Both the position numbers and the translations under genes were made by a program. The notes beneath the pieces are model-generated. The model did no database searches. It had not been told where the DNA came from and saw only the letters and a list, made by a program, of their open reading frames with translations. From contig CM119265.1 in the NCBI GenBank assembly GCA_051294375.1, positions 17,620,081-17,684,080 of the forward strand: a stretch of DNA of 64,000 bases. The letters run 5' to 3'. This document shows, one piece after another, positions 15,065 to 27,420 of the stretch (the first letter of the stretch is position 1; every line of letters starts with the position of its first letter). Source of the DNA: Paraspadella gotoi (Eukaryota > Animalia > Chaetognatha).

Positions 15065-17018
15065 AGAGAGAAGAGAGAGAGGTCTTTTCCTTCTCCGACC
15101 GCGAGGGGCGTTGAAGAGTCGACCTCCTTTTTTCCTTCGGGTTTTTTCTTCAGTTGACTTTTTTCTCCTTTTGAGATTTAGGTTCGAAAAAGATTTCAAT
15201 CATCGCCCGAAAGGGAAGCGGGGCAGGAAGAGGAGGTCGCTGAAGTCGGAGTATGGCTTGTGTGTCGTAAGGCTTTCCCATTTCATTTACATTTTATTCT
15301 GTTCAATTTGCTCAGATGGAAAACTCGGTATCATCTTTATTAGGTGGACTCAGGTGACTGCGTCGCCAGTGTCGCTCGCATTCTCAATTACATTTAATTC
15401 GAATTATGAGAAATACCAATCTTCCATTCAAAAAACTTTTCACATTGAGTCAGATAGCAATGAAAGGACCAAAGATCGGTTTGAGTATAAGTCTCAATCT
15501 CAGAAAAAAAACTCATTTGACAGTAAAAATCCTGATTCCATCCGAATGCGAAATGAAATTGGTTTAAAAGAAATGAATGATGTCAAAAGAAGAATCGATG
15601 TTTACATAACCATGAAAAATCATTTCGTATCAAGAGATAAAATATGTTCCAAACTCGCTCGCTCCCTTCACACGTCTTCATCACTTCACACCAGAGTCCC
15701 TATTTCCCTAAAGCCCAAAGGTCTTCCGGTAATCCCATCTCCTCTCGAGGCAATCCCTAACCCAGTTTCCCCGACTCGAATGGCCCTCGAATGTTGGGTC
15801 AGACTCAGCAAATAATAGGCTCCCATTTTCCGAGCGATTCTCGTCCACTTCGTGGGGCACGACGACGACCATGACGACGACGCCGCTGACGACGCCCGTT
15901 TTTCTCTTTGGGTCCAGCGTATTCGTGGAAATGAACGCCGGGCTTTCTCCAAGATCGGCGCCGACAACTTGCGCCTTTTCGCAGAAGGTGGAAGGAAGAT
16001 TCAAAACGTATTGACAAACAAAAAAATAACATCTATATATATACTATTATTCAATGTTAAATCATTCTTCTTTAAGTTCACATTTCCTCTACAGACCGCA
16101 ACGGTTCACAGCCTGTCGTGAGGATCTCTAGTCGGGTCTTGATGGCCACTTCCCCAACCTTTTTCAATCACCTCCTCTTACTCTTCCTCTCTCCTAGACT
16201 TTGCCCGATTAATCTTCCTCCCGCTCTTTCCTTTTTCTCTCTCTGGACGAATTTGGGTCCGAGAATTGGAGGAATCCATGATTCTTTTGTTCCGAGTCCG
16301 ACCACCTCATTTCCTCCTTTTCTTTCACATGTCTCTATTTCTTCTTCCTTTCTCCCTTCTTCCATCTCTCCCGCCTCCCCGCCTCTGTTTGGTTGATTTA
16401 CTGTGATTTGAGGCCGAAGGATTTCACTCGTGGTTGATAGCCTCCCCCTCACCCGGCCTCCTCCTCCTCTCCTCCTCTCCTCTTTCAAAGGCTAATTACA
16501 ACACACAGAGTTTTAGTCGCGAATCATTAAAGAAATGAAGGTCAGCCTCTTGTAATTGTAGGCACTTGGGCGCGACACAGCCGAGGGGGTGAGCGGAAAG
16601 GTAGGGCGGTTGGGGAGTAGGTGGTAAAAGTGGGGGACATGGTTAAGAACGGAATTGGTGGAGATGTGCTGACTAGTCACGGCTAAGGGTTTGAAGGACT
16701 TGTTAAGATTGTAGTGATATCACCCTGGTATAATTACAACTTCCATTATGAACCAAAATCCTTTTCAAAAGTGAAAGATGGCAACGTTTACATTCCTGCT
16801 TATCGTTTACTAACCGGCGCTATTTCTCGTCAATCATTCGCGAAGGGAAAGCGGAGGAGATCCCTCGTCGAATACAAGCAATTCCTAATCGTTTACAAGC
16901 AATAAACTAACCGTTTAAAAGCAAAAGTAATGAATTCCTTGACGACAGAGGGTGAATTAGGATTTACAAATGTATGTAAGCGGAAAAAAGTTATGCCTAT
17001 GCCTGTGGCTAGAGAGAG

Positions 17019-17096
<78 letters not shown>

Positions 17097-18455
17097 TGGA
17101 CGGAAGGAATTGGCTTAGGGGCCAAAAGGCGAGGCGAAGGAGCGTTGGACGAAATTGGATTTGATTGGTGCCTTCGGTTGCACTCGCGAGCGCGGCGGTG
17201 GCGGATGACTCGGAAGTGGTGGGTGGAAGATGGGACGATGGTGGTGGCGGTTTGGATGATGCGCGGGGAGGAGGAGGGTATATGAGAGCGGTCTGGGCGG
17301 ACGCCATCATGCTGAGGATGACGGCCACTATCAATCTCTCGCCAAGTCGCCGCTCGAGATTGTTTTGGACGCGAAAAAGAGTCGAAGACCACGAAGACCA
17401 GACGGCGCGACAGAATTTTCGCAGATGAGGCGAACTTTGAGCACTGAGCTGTTGGACGTTCGAGACTCCGTGACGATGGAGGAGACGAGAGATAGAGAGA
17501 TGGAGAGAACGAGAGAGAAGAAGAGAGGTAGAGAGCACGAGAGATGAGAGAGAGAAGGAGAGCAGAAAATGACCGAAATTGACCGGAGAGAGAGAGAGAG
17601 CGAGAGAGAGAGGACGACGAGAGGAAGAGATGTAGGAGTAGAGAGACGCGCGTTGGAGTGAGAGAGAAGGCAGAGGATGCAGAGAGAGAGAGAGAGAAGA
17701 GAATCATCTTGGAGGTCCAGAGTCGTCCCACCCGTCATCGAGTCAAGGTCGACGAGTACGTTTAAACTTTGGAGATCGAATTACACACGGTTGGACCAGT
17801 CAACAAGTTGTTACATTGCTCGGTTCAGTGAACAAGAAAGAACGAAAGTGAGACAAAAGAAATAAATCGATATTCGCGGTGCGTTTGAGGTAGTAGCATC
17901 TCATCGACTCAAGCGACCCTTCTTCAAAACTTCTCCCGCTGATTCGATCCGGGTCACCACCCCCGCCGACCCCGCCGACCCCTCTAACCCTGACGCACCC
18001 GACACCCCACTCTCCCCCTTCCTCGAAGACGACTCGGGATCATCCCGAGCAAAATATGACGTCATAAATGGGATTTAGAGGAGTTTTCCAATTTGTCAAG
18101 ACCGGGCGGAATCGGCGCGGGGTTCCATCTCCGTCCGAGTCTTTTCCTTTTGAGATCCAACGCGTCAGCGTCGCGGAGAGGCTGACAGCGACCTTGATGG
18201 AGTACGATTGGTGACTTCATGAAAGAGGAAAAGAAACCATAGTGAAGCTTACACGATGGAATTAACAAGGGAATGCGTTTTAATTAAGCTTTTATTGTCT
18301 CAATTTAAACATAACGTACATTGTTACATTTTAGAATGGCCGCTTTAAAAGGTCGAGCAAGCGACGAAAGGGAGTCCGAGTCGACCATTTCAGAGTCCTA
18401 CTCTCCGAAATAGTCACGTGACCACGATTCCGCTGCGCGAGTACACAAAGAAAGA
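13002..18455 (+). repeat. Tandem triplication, copy C
   Basis: Appears letter-identical to 7530-~12525, including irregular microsatellite interruptions, up to ~17997; then diverges by indels. Confidence 0.97.
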
Positions 18456-18510
18456 GGGAAGAGAGAGAGAGAGAAGATGAGAGAAGAGATGAGAGAGAGA
18501 GAAGAGAGAG

Positions 18511-18574
<64 letters not shown>

Positions 18575-18674
18575 ACGTGCACGTGGCGGTGGTCAAAAAA
18601 GAAGGTCCTCCTTCGGGGACCAAAACCCACTAATTCGGTTTAGCGCCTCCATAAACAAGGTCAGAGTTAAGCGA

Positions 18675-18719
<45 letters not shown>
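18675..18719 (+). repeat. (CGT)n microsatellite
   Basis: About 15 perfect units. Confidence 0.97.
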
Positions 18720-19351
18720 TTTGGAAAATAAAAGTCAAAACGCTTTCTTTTTTCGGCCGATGACTTTTCTCGGAAATGAGATTAAAATAAATCCAAATAA
18801 TTCGAGGAAAAATGTATGAATCAGAAAGTAGTGAATATAAGGACAAAATTCAAACAAATGACCATAACAAAGAAGTAGAGTGTCAAAGAGGCGCGCATAT
18901 AACGCGAGTCGCGTAACCGTCACACAAAAAAGAAACGGCGCGGTCTCTTTTTTCGTCGTCTGAGTTACGACGACGTTATTTCGGCGCCTGACGTTATTTC
19001 CGGCGCCATCTGTTGTCATTCGTCGGGACAACGAATCCTTTGATCCCTGAACTTCTCTCTCTTTTTTTTCTCCGTCTCTCTTTCTGTCTTGCTCTCTCTC
19101 GCTCTCTCTCGCTTTGACGTTAGCCTCTTCGCCCTCGCCTCTGACACTCTCTGAATTCGTTGACGTCGTTGTTGTCGTTTTGGCCTTTGTTGTTGTGGTC
19201 GTCATGGCGACGAGAAGAATGCGGCGTAAATTGTAACCATAACTCTTTTTTAAGCATTTTTTGACTGCACAATCTCATCGAAGAAAAATCTGTTTACAAT
19301 AACGAGCGCAAGTGTGCGTACCTTTGCTAAATCCACTAACAGTTTGATTAT

Positions 19352-19400
19352 TGCCCAATGCCCATTGTCCAATGCCCATTGCCCATTGCCCAATGACCAT
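19352..19400 (+). repeat. 7-bp tandem repeat TGCCCA(A/T) x7
   Basis: tgcccaa tgcccat tgtccaa tgcccat tgcccat tgcccaa tgaccat. Confidence 0.9.
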
Positions 19401-20291
19401 GTTCTCTCGACCCCGCAGTCTTAACCGCGCCCCTAACGTCGTTGACATTCGCCGCATCCATCGACATTCGCCTTTTTTTTCCTCCCAGATTTCCTTCCAT
19501 TCGTCTTTTGTCTTTTGTTTTCTACGCGGGAAAACTCAAATCATGGTTCGAAATCCAAACAAACAAAGAATCGTTATTCTCTGTATCGTCCAGTCATTTC
19601 AGGTCTGATTCCGAGATTTATCACGTAATTCGTTACAGATTATTAAAATTATCAAAGTAATACTTCATACAAATTATAAAATTATCAAAGTAAGTTCTTT
19701 CTTCGATATAATTACAATTATAAAACTGATACGTCTTTCTATACGACTTACCTGCTGTTGAATTTGTGATTTCCGTTGTGAGAATATCGACCCAGGATAT
19801 TTTCGGGAGGCAGAACGGGGGGGGGGGGAAGGATAAAGAGAAGAGAAAATCAATTTCAAACTCACTCGATTCGATGTAGGCTTTTTTTTTCTAAATATTT
19901 TTTTTTTGAACGATAATTTTTCTAACGCTCTCTCTGAGGAGAGATAGGATATAAAATCTGTCCGACGCGCCACGCATTTTGGTTGCAAAAAAAAAAAAGA
20001 CTTCGTCGATATTTAAACGGCATTACTTAAATGTCTCTCTCTCTCTCGCCGTCGCGAAAGGATTAAAAAAATTGCGGGGGGGGGCGAAAAAAAAAGGACT
20101 CGGTGGGCGTAAGGGGGGCGAGAAAGAGAATCCGGGGATTCATGCATATTCATGCGACGTTAATGAAGGGACTTTGCCTTTTGGACGAGGTGATGCAAAT
20201 TGGAAAAGGAATCAACTCTTTCCTTTTTTTTTCCTTAATTGCCCGACAAAGAATGAAGGAGAAAAAAAAAAAGGACATTCTCGTTGAGTGG

Positions 20292-20396
20292 AAGCAAGAA
20301 GCGGGCAAGTCGGAGACGAAAGCGGGCAGCTTCGAGCCGGAGGCGGACAGCCTAGAGCCGGAAGTGAAAAGTTGGGAGCCGGAAGTGAAGCGTTAA
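20292..20396 (+). repeat. Degenerate 21-bp tandem repeat x5 carrying two CCGGAAGT motifs
   Basis: Units start at 20292, 20313, 20334, 20355 and 20376; the last two share gagccggaagtgaa. Confidence 0.75.
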
Positions 20397-20845
20397 GATT
20401 TTTTTTTTGAGGCGACTCGACTGTGGAGCGTGGACCCTCAAGCAATTATCGGTAGTCGTTATTCTTCGACGTTACAAGTTTCGAACGAAAAGATACAATA
20501 TCGCTATTATCCTATGAGTAGATTTTATAAAACAATAAACATTATCTTCTTTATTTTTCAACTAAACTAAAAAACCTTCATTGTTGTTGTTTTGTTTTCC
20601 TCAATTCTTTCTCTCCTCATTCAAACTCCACGACCCGCCGTCGATTCTAGATGTCGCCTCCCGATTTCTGGCGTCACGTATTCCCCCCCCCCTTGTTTTA
20701 TTTTTCCATTTTTTTATCTTATTTGATAGAAACAAAAGGCGTTAATTACGATTTTTTTTTCTTCTCCTCGCCCCTCCACACCCCGTTCTCGTCGGACGCC
20801 CCTCCTTCCACCTCCCCCCTTTTCGTTTTCTTAGCCTCCGCATCA

Positions 20846-20847
<2 letters not shown>

Positions 20848-20884
<37 letters not shown>
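20848..20884 (+). repeat. (GCC)n microsatellite
   Basis: About 12 units. Confidence 0.96.
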
Positions 20885-21118
20885 TCATTTACATTTTCGC
20901 CTTGTATCTGATTAATTAGAAATAAAGCTCAAATTAGCGTGATATCGAGGCAACGACGGCGACGATGACGGCGATGACAACCCAAGAAAACGACGACGAC
21001 GACGACGGAGACTTGAAATCGGGGTTGCCAAGAAAATCTGCAATGACGACGATGAAGAAGAAGACGAAGGAGAGTTTGGAAGATGACAGGAAAATAAGAA
21101 GGGATGGAGGGGAGTACG

Positions 21119-21408
21119 GAAGGAGAGAAGGAGAGAAGGAAGGAAGGAGAGAAGGAGTGAAGGAGGGAAGGAGGGAAGGAGAGAAGGAGGGAAGGAGAGA
21201 AGGAGAGAAGGAAGGAAGGAGAGAAGGAGAGAAGGAGAGAAGGAGAAAAGGTGAGAAGGAGAGAAGGAGAAAAGAAGAGAAGGAGAGAAGGAGAAAAGGT
21301 GAGAAGGAGAGAAGGAGAAAAGAAGAAAAGGTGAGAAGGAGAGAAGAGAAAAGAAGAAAAGGTGAGAAGGAGAGAAGGAGAAAAGGAGAAAAGGCGAGAA
21401 GGAGAGAA
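21119..21408 (+). repeat. Purine minisatellite (GAAGGAGA octamers in ~24-bp higher-order units)
   Basis: Accounts for the periodic ORFs RREGEKEG and SFSPSLLL in the ORF track. Confidence 0.92.
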
Positions 21409-23016
21409 TGAGAAAAGGAAAGAAAGATAAACGGGTAGAGGCAAGATGGAAAGAGTATTAAGGATAAAGAGGGAAGGTACAAAGAAGAATCTGGGTAAAG
21501 AAAACAGAAAAAAGTAAGAAAAAATGGTAAATATCGGAAGAAAAGAATGTAATTGTAAAGAAAGAAAACAATGCGCATCAAAAAAAATGTCTAAGCCCGA
21601 AAAAACAAAGAAAGTTTGGAGAATAAAGAAATTTTTCTCAAAGAATTATTTTTTTATTTTTGTTCGTATTGACTTTTTCCTTTTGTTTTCTAACATTTCT
21701 AATTATAAAAACTACGGCGACGACTCAACGAAAAGGCGCGTTGGCAGCGAAGGTGCCGTCACGTCAAAAAATGGCGCAAATGACGCCGCGAGACGCCGAC
21801 GACGACGCCGCCTCACGTCATCGTCAGGGACGAGGAGAATCTCACATTTCGAATTTCGAATCAACGTTAACTAAAATGAGGAGTGTCTTTGGTCTAAAAT
21901 TATTAATTAGTTATAGACTTTTGATACAAGAAGTTGTGACTTTAGAATGCTAGAACCAGGCGACATTTATTAAAAAAATATTGACAGATGCTAATCTGTT
22001 TCACTCGAAATCAAGAACTACTTACGCATGCGCTTTATCTTTTTTTAGTTATTATGTTTATTATACATCGTTTCCAGTTTTAGTTTTTGTCCACCCTGCT
22101 TTTTTACCGCCAAAACTATTAATATTTTTATTTATATATAATTTTAAAAAATGGTAAAACTATATTTTTAAAAACACTATTGTTTCATTAATTAGATTAT
22201 TAAAATATTTACTATGAAGTTAAAAACAGGATAAACGCGGGACTAGGCATCTCTGCCTTTCCGCCACTTCGCGATCTTTAGAACTCAAAATTAACAGATT
22301 TTTTTTTTCTTTAAAAAAAGTAAGAAAACAATTTCACCCTTATTTTTTATCTATTTTAAACTAAAATAATGTAATTATCATTCATTATAAATTAGATGGC
22401 ACCACTATGCCACTGATATTTTTGTTACTGAGAAGAAGAACAGCACTGCTCTCTTCGTTTCAAAGATCGGGCAATGACATCTTTCATACATATTTTTAAA
22501 TGTAGAAACACTTTTTCACATTTTAGATGAACATTAAAAGATACAAAAGTAAATCTTTTTTATCTTTGGTCCACGAAATATATAATATTCTATCCGTTGG
22601 TTTAATGCTAACTAAATATACTTAGAAAATCTCGCTACTAAAATAAGACTTAAAAAGTATTAAAAGAAAAATCTATACTAAAATTTTCTGACCAGGTCCG
22701 CTCTCTCGGTAAAAATGGTGGCAATCAATATTTTTCAGAGCAAAAAAAAAAATGTGAAGCTGATGACAGAAGTGGCAGAGACGAGGCGAGCGGTGGCGTT
22801 AATCTAACCGACGCTAATTCCAAATCGGATTCACTCACCTTGTTCTTTTCTCTCCCTCTCTCCTCACTTTTCTGCCCCCTCACTTTCCTTTAAAAAATTT
22901 CGCCACTCACCACAAACGCAAATAGAAACAATCTTTTCGTTCGTAAAAATTAAAAAAACAAAAAAAAGTTCTGCAAAAGTAAAAAGACCCGCGGGTAGGG
23001 CCCCGACTTGCTACGG

Positions 23017-23121
23017 CCAATTCCGCTCACAATTGGTCCTTCGACCAATCAGCATTCCGCTAATTCCACAGCCAATCGGAAAGCACCGGAAGACTCACCA
23101 CGCGGGTCAGGGGTGGGCGGG
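23017..23121 (+). promoter_or_regulatory. Promoter-like island: three CCAAT boxes plus GC box
   Basis: CCAAT at 23017, 23045 and 23072; GGGTGGGCGGG at ~23111; GC-rich patch within AT-rich flanks (mirror copy ~31240-31350). Confidence 0.45.
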
Positions 23122-26059
23122 CGCCGCCAAGACCGCCCCTCCCGTCACTTCGAGAGATGTCGCCGCCAGATTCAATCTCTATTGAGGGAAAAAAAAAACC
23201 AACAAAGAACAAAAAATAATGTTTTAAAAAAAACAACAAAACTCAAAAAGACAGAAAAACTTGTGCACTCTCTTTCTCTCTGTCTGTTTTTCTGTCTTTA
23301 CCCTTCTCTTTTTCTCTTTCTTGCCCCTTTAAAAAAAAAGGAGAAAAAATGATTTATTTTGTCACAGGTTATTAGTGCTTTGAAACAGTGAGTAAGTTTT
23401 TTGTTTTTAAATTTTACGTATCTCTAAATTAGCATCTTTTAACCTCTTACTAGTGATTGTACCTAAGTGTCTACTCTCTCTCTCTCTCTCTCTCTTCATC
23501 TCTCTCTCTCTCTCTCTCCTCATCTCTCTTCTCTTTCTCTCTCTCTCTCCAAACGTAACTACCTCTACCCGCCCTCATCTCGGCTCTTGTCCCGACCCCT
23601 GCTTTATCCCCATTGTGTCCCCCTTATACCGTTTTTCCTGATTCCTGTGATTCAATGCCGCCAATTATATCGACCTTGAATTTTGACTTAATCGCGAAAA
23701 ACTTTATTATTAACTCGTATTCATATATGTCCAATATATCATGAAGGTTTTTTTTATCTGATTTATACGTAAAAATTCCACCCGGTCGCCTCCGCGATAT
23801 CCTTTGCCGGCGCAACTTGCGTTCCCTTCTTGTCTATCTCCTTTTTATCGTCCTCGTTTGACTTGATCACCCATTTCGAAAGTCATATATGAAATGTCCA
23901 CTCCAAAAGACAAGAGCGTTCCTTTATATCCCTCTCTAAATCGATGTATCAGTGCATGTGTACAAATATTCTCGGTGTATCTTACAGCATGTTTGGGAAC
24001 TGATATCTAAAGTATTTTATTGTTCATCAGATTTCTATTTAAAAACAATTTTGGGCAATTGGAAAAACGTTACGGTACCGAAAACGAAAGACAATTTCGG
24101 GAGGACCTTATTAAATCTAAAAAACCCGAGCCGACGGTTCTCTTAGATCCTGATTAAATTTCGAAATCTTCGTTTGGATCTTTTTAACGAGATTATTTTT
24201 TTAGACCGTTAATAATAATTAGTAATTCGATTGTTATTGAATATTATTTTGAAAAAAGAATCTGTTACGTCCGCCATGACGTATAAGTAGAAACAAGAGC
24301 AAAACTCGGTCCTTCCGATTACAAAAAATCCCTCTCATTGACTAATGAATCCATTCGCCTTAATTTTTACTATTTCTCTCTCACTTACTTTTCGTCTTCT
24401 CTTCATTCCTGTATTCTCTAAAAACTTATCTAATTCCCCTCACCGAGTAAGTTTCCTTTTCACTCTCCTCACTCCTCTCCTATTCCTGCCTCCTCCGACC
24501 TCCCTGCTCTTTTCATCTCCGCCGTCCTTTCTTATTCCTCGCCTTTCGTATGAACAATATGACTTTTATTGATATTTACCTATCCCGAGTCGAATCCTCC
24601 GCCGCTTGGGTGGGTGTTAGCTCCGGCATTCGAGGATCCGGAAACCTGGGGAATCGACGACCCGGAGAATGTTTTCATGACAGCCGCCCCTCGCCCCCCC
24701 CCTTCCCGTTCGTCTTTTTGGGACAACACGGTCCCGCCGCTCAAAGCATTCTCTCTTCCTGGAGGTTCTGATCCTCCTCGCCCTCCATTTCACCATTCGG
24801 GGATGTTGGACCGCAATTTCCCTTTCCTTTTCGATAAATATCCATGTCATTTTCTTCTCTTGCTGTCTATCACTCTATTCTTTTTCCTATTATACTCGCG
24901 TCCCTCACCCACAACCGTGTCAACCCAATCCGTTTCTTTCTTCTAACTCCCTTTCCTCCCAAGCGCCCCCTACATTGTGGCGCCAAAAAATCCCGGAAGA
25001 GAATAGGAAGAGGATGAGGAAAGAAAAATGATTATAAAACCGACATAATTTTTTTCCCGTCGGTGATGAGTGTTCGAATCGAAAAAAAAAAACGGTCTTC
25101 ACAGAATTACGGGATTCACTGAAATTTGGATCATTTATTGTTACCATTCATTATAATTCAATCGACGCTAGTTCGTGAACTGTTCAGTTGTTCAGCGTGT
25201 TTGTGCGAAGGAAATGGAAGAAAAAAATTACCATTATTCGCTTCATAGCAAAAACGGATTTAAGAAAGCTGACCCGAAACAAAATTCAAGCTCGATTTAA
25301 AAATTTAAAACTCGAACAGAAAATAATATGTAATTACAAAATGGGCGAGAGGACCGTAAAAATATTGGGGCGACGAAGATGGCGCTGCGATGGAAAACGT
25401 CAACTCGAATTAGGATGAACCTCGTTCGCTCGACTGAATCAGACGCGATGCTTCTTTTTTTTTTCTTCGCTCGCAATTTCGCACCCATCTGGATTGAAGA
25501 GAGAAAGGAAAAAGAAAAAGAAAAGGCGGTATATGTGTTAAATGTAAATGTTAGATTTGCCTAGTATTAGCAGATTTATTGACTATCTCTCTATCTCTCT
25601 CTCCTCTCTCTCTCATCTCTTCTCTCTCTCTCTTCTCTCTCTCTCTCTTCTTCTTCTCTCTTCTCTCTCTGCTCTCTTATCTCCTTTTTTTATCGATTGG
25701 TTTTAAGGCTCCGGTTCGACAGTTGAATAACGCGTGCGCAAAACTTTGGATTCATGAATAAAAGGGTTGTTGCTCTGCCAACAAACAGTTAGACGCGTTT
25801 CGGTGAAGCGAAAAAAAACAGAGGAAAAACAAAAATTGGGGAGGGAGGCGGAATCGAACTCGAGGACATCGTCGCTGTTTTTTCGCTTTTAATCGTCTGG
25901 TGGCGCTGGTGGGTCGTTGGCAAGATTCTCAAGCGTCTTTACTGATCCGCCACTCGAGTCTACTCGACTTCAAAGAATAGGATTTGCGGTTTTTGTGTGC
26001 AGCGAAAGTGTTGGGAAATGAACTTGACATGAAGGGAATGGATAAAATGAATGATTGAA

Positions 26060-26239
26060 AGAATAAATAACATATAAATAAATAAATAACATAAATAAAT
26101 AAATAAATAAATAAATAATAAATAAATAAATAAAAAATAAAATAAATAATAAAATAATAAATAATAAATTTAAATAAATAAATAAATAAATAATAAATAA
26201 ATAAATAAATAAATTAATAAAATTAAATAATAAAATTAA

Positions 26240-26278
<39 letters not shown>

Positions 26279-26318
26279 ATTAAATAATAAATAAAAACAA
26301 TAATAATAAATAAATAAA
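26060..26318 (+). repeat. (AAAT)n microsatellite
   Basis: Imperfect AAAT array; mirrored as (ATTT)n around the gap 28397-28500. Confidence 0.95.
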
Positions 26319-26789
26319 AAAAACAAAATTGGTTCAAATCAAAATATTGCGACTATAAATTTAAATTGAAACAATGCACAGCAATCAACGGAGGCGTCTA
26401 AAAAATCCATCGCGAGTTCGTTGAACAGGAGATCATTGGCAAAGAGGGAGACAATTTCTTTACCACTCGATCGACAATCAACTGCAAGTCAATCTGCAAT
26501 CACAAACAAAACGGACAACAAAAACGGCAGCTACGACAACGACGCCACCAAGAAACGTTTCCTTCTCAAGTTCAGTCCGCCAATCACAGCGCGCATCTTT
26601 TTGATTTCTTTTAAAAAAAATAGAAAATTCTCAAACGACAAGAGAAAATATTTGTGACGAATTTTCAAAAATTTCGGCCCAAATTTTTTTGAGTTTACTG
26701 TTTCTGTCTCGTTCTTTCTTTTATTCCTTCTATCTTCCTCTTCATCTTCCTCTCCTCCTCCTACAAAATCCTCTCTTTTCTTTCTTCTT

Positions 26790-26864
26790 TTCTTCTTCTT
26801 CTTCTTCTTCTTCTTCTTCTTCTTTCTTCTGTCTTCTTCTTCTTCTTCTTCTTCTTCTTCTTCT
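26790..26864 (+). repeat. (CTT)n microsatellite
   Basis: Mirrored as (AAG)n at ~27888-27930. Confidence 0.94.
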
Positions 26865-27317
26865 TTGACCGTCAACCAAATTTAAGGCGCATTTCTTCAT
26901 CAATTCTCAGTCTAACAGAACTTTTTAGAAGATTTCATCAATAATTTTTTTTTCTTCAGAAAAAAAACTTTCATGAGCGTCTCGGAATCCGAAGCTGCAG
27001 GGGGGGGGCGGGGCGTTAAGGAGGGAGGGGGTAAGGGCGAAGGGACCCGGGGCAGGGGAAGGTTATATATATGGGGACTGGGGGAGGGGATAAAAGATAG
27101 GATATGAAAGAAAAGAAAGTGTCAGAAGGGATAATGAAAAGTAAATTTGTATAAGAAATCCCGAAACTTTGGTTAACTTTTTATTTAATCACCATAATTG
27201 AGAATAAATGTAATGCTAACGAGTTTAGATAATCATTATGCGAAAAAACAATAGATAAATTGAATTTCTAAAGTATACAACAATTTAATATCCCTCTCTC
27301 TCTTGGTCTGTCTCTCT

Positions 27318-27386
<69 letters not shown>

Positions 27387-27420
27387 CTCGTCATTNNNNN
27401 NNNNNNNNNNNNNNNNNNNN

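Larger units (their letters stand above)
21845..27395 (+). repeat. Left arm of ~5 kb inverted duplication
   Basis: catttcgaatttcgaatcaacgttaactaaaatgag at 21845 is the reverse complement of ~32375-32410; collinear inward to the 25-N gap 27396-27420. Confidence 0.95.

Noticed and set aside
20292-20396. Short regularly spaced repeats considered as CRISPR-like (also 48944-48996 and 51773-51846)
   Set aside because: Conserved parts are only 8-15 nt, the period is ~21 bp, there are no cas genes, and the context is eukaryotic.
20929-21581. Long periodic ORFs (SFSPSLLL / RREGEKEG)
   Set aside because: Translations of a purine minisatellite.
22405-22482. Minus-strand stem-loop with internal loop resembling an H/ACA snoRNA hairpin
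   Set aside because: No properly placed H box (ANANNA), and no second hairpin with an ACA box could be identified by eye.
27000-27090. G-run cluster with G-quadruplex potential
   Set aside because: G-runs are common in this low-complexity window and run lengths disagree between the two arms.
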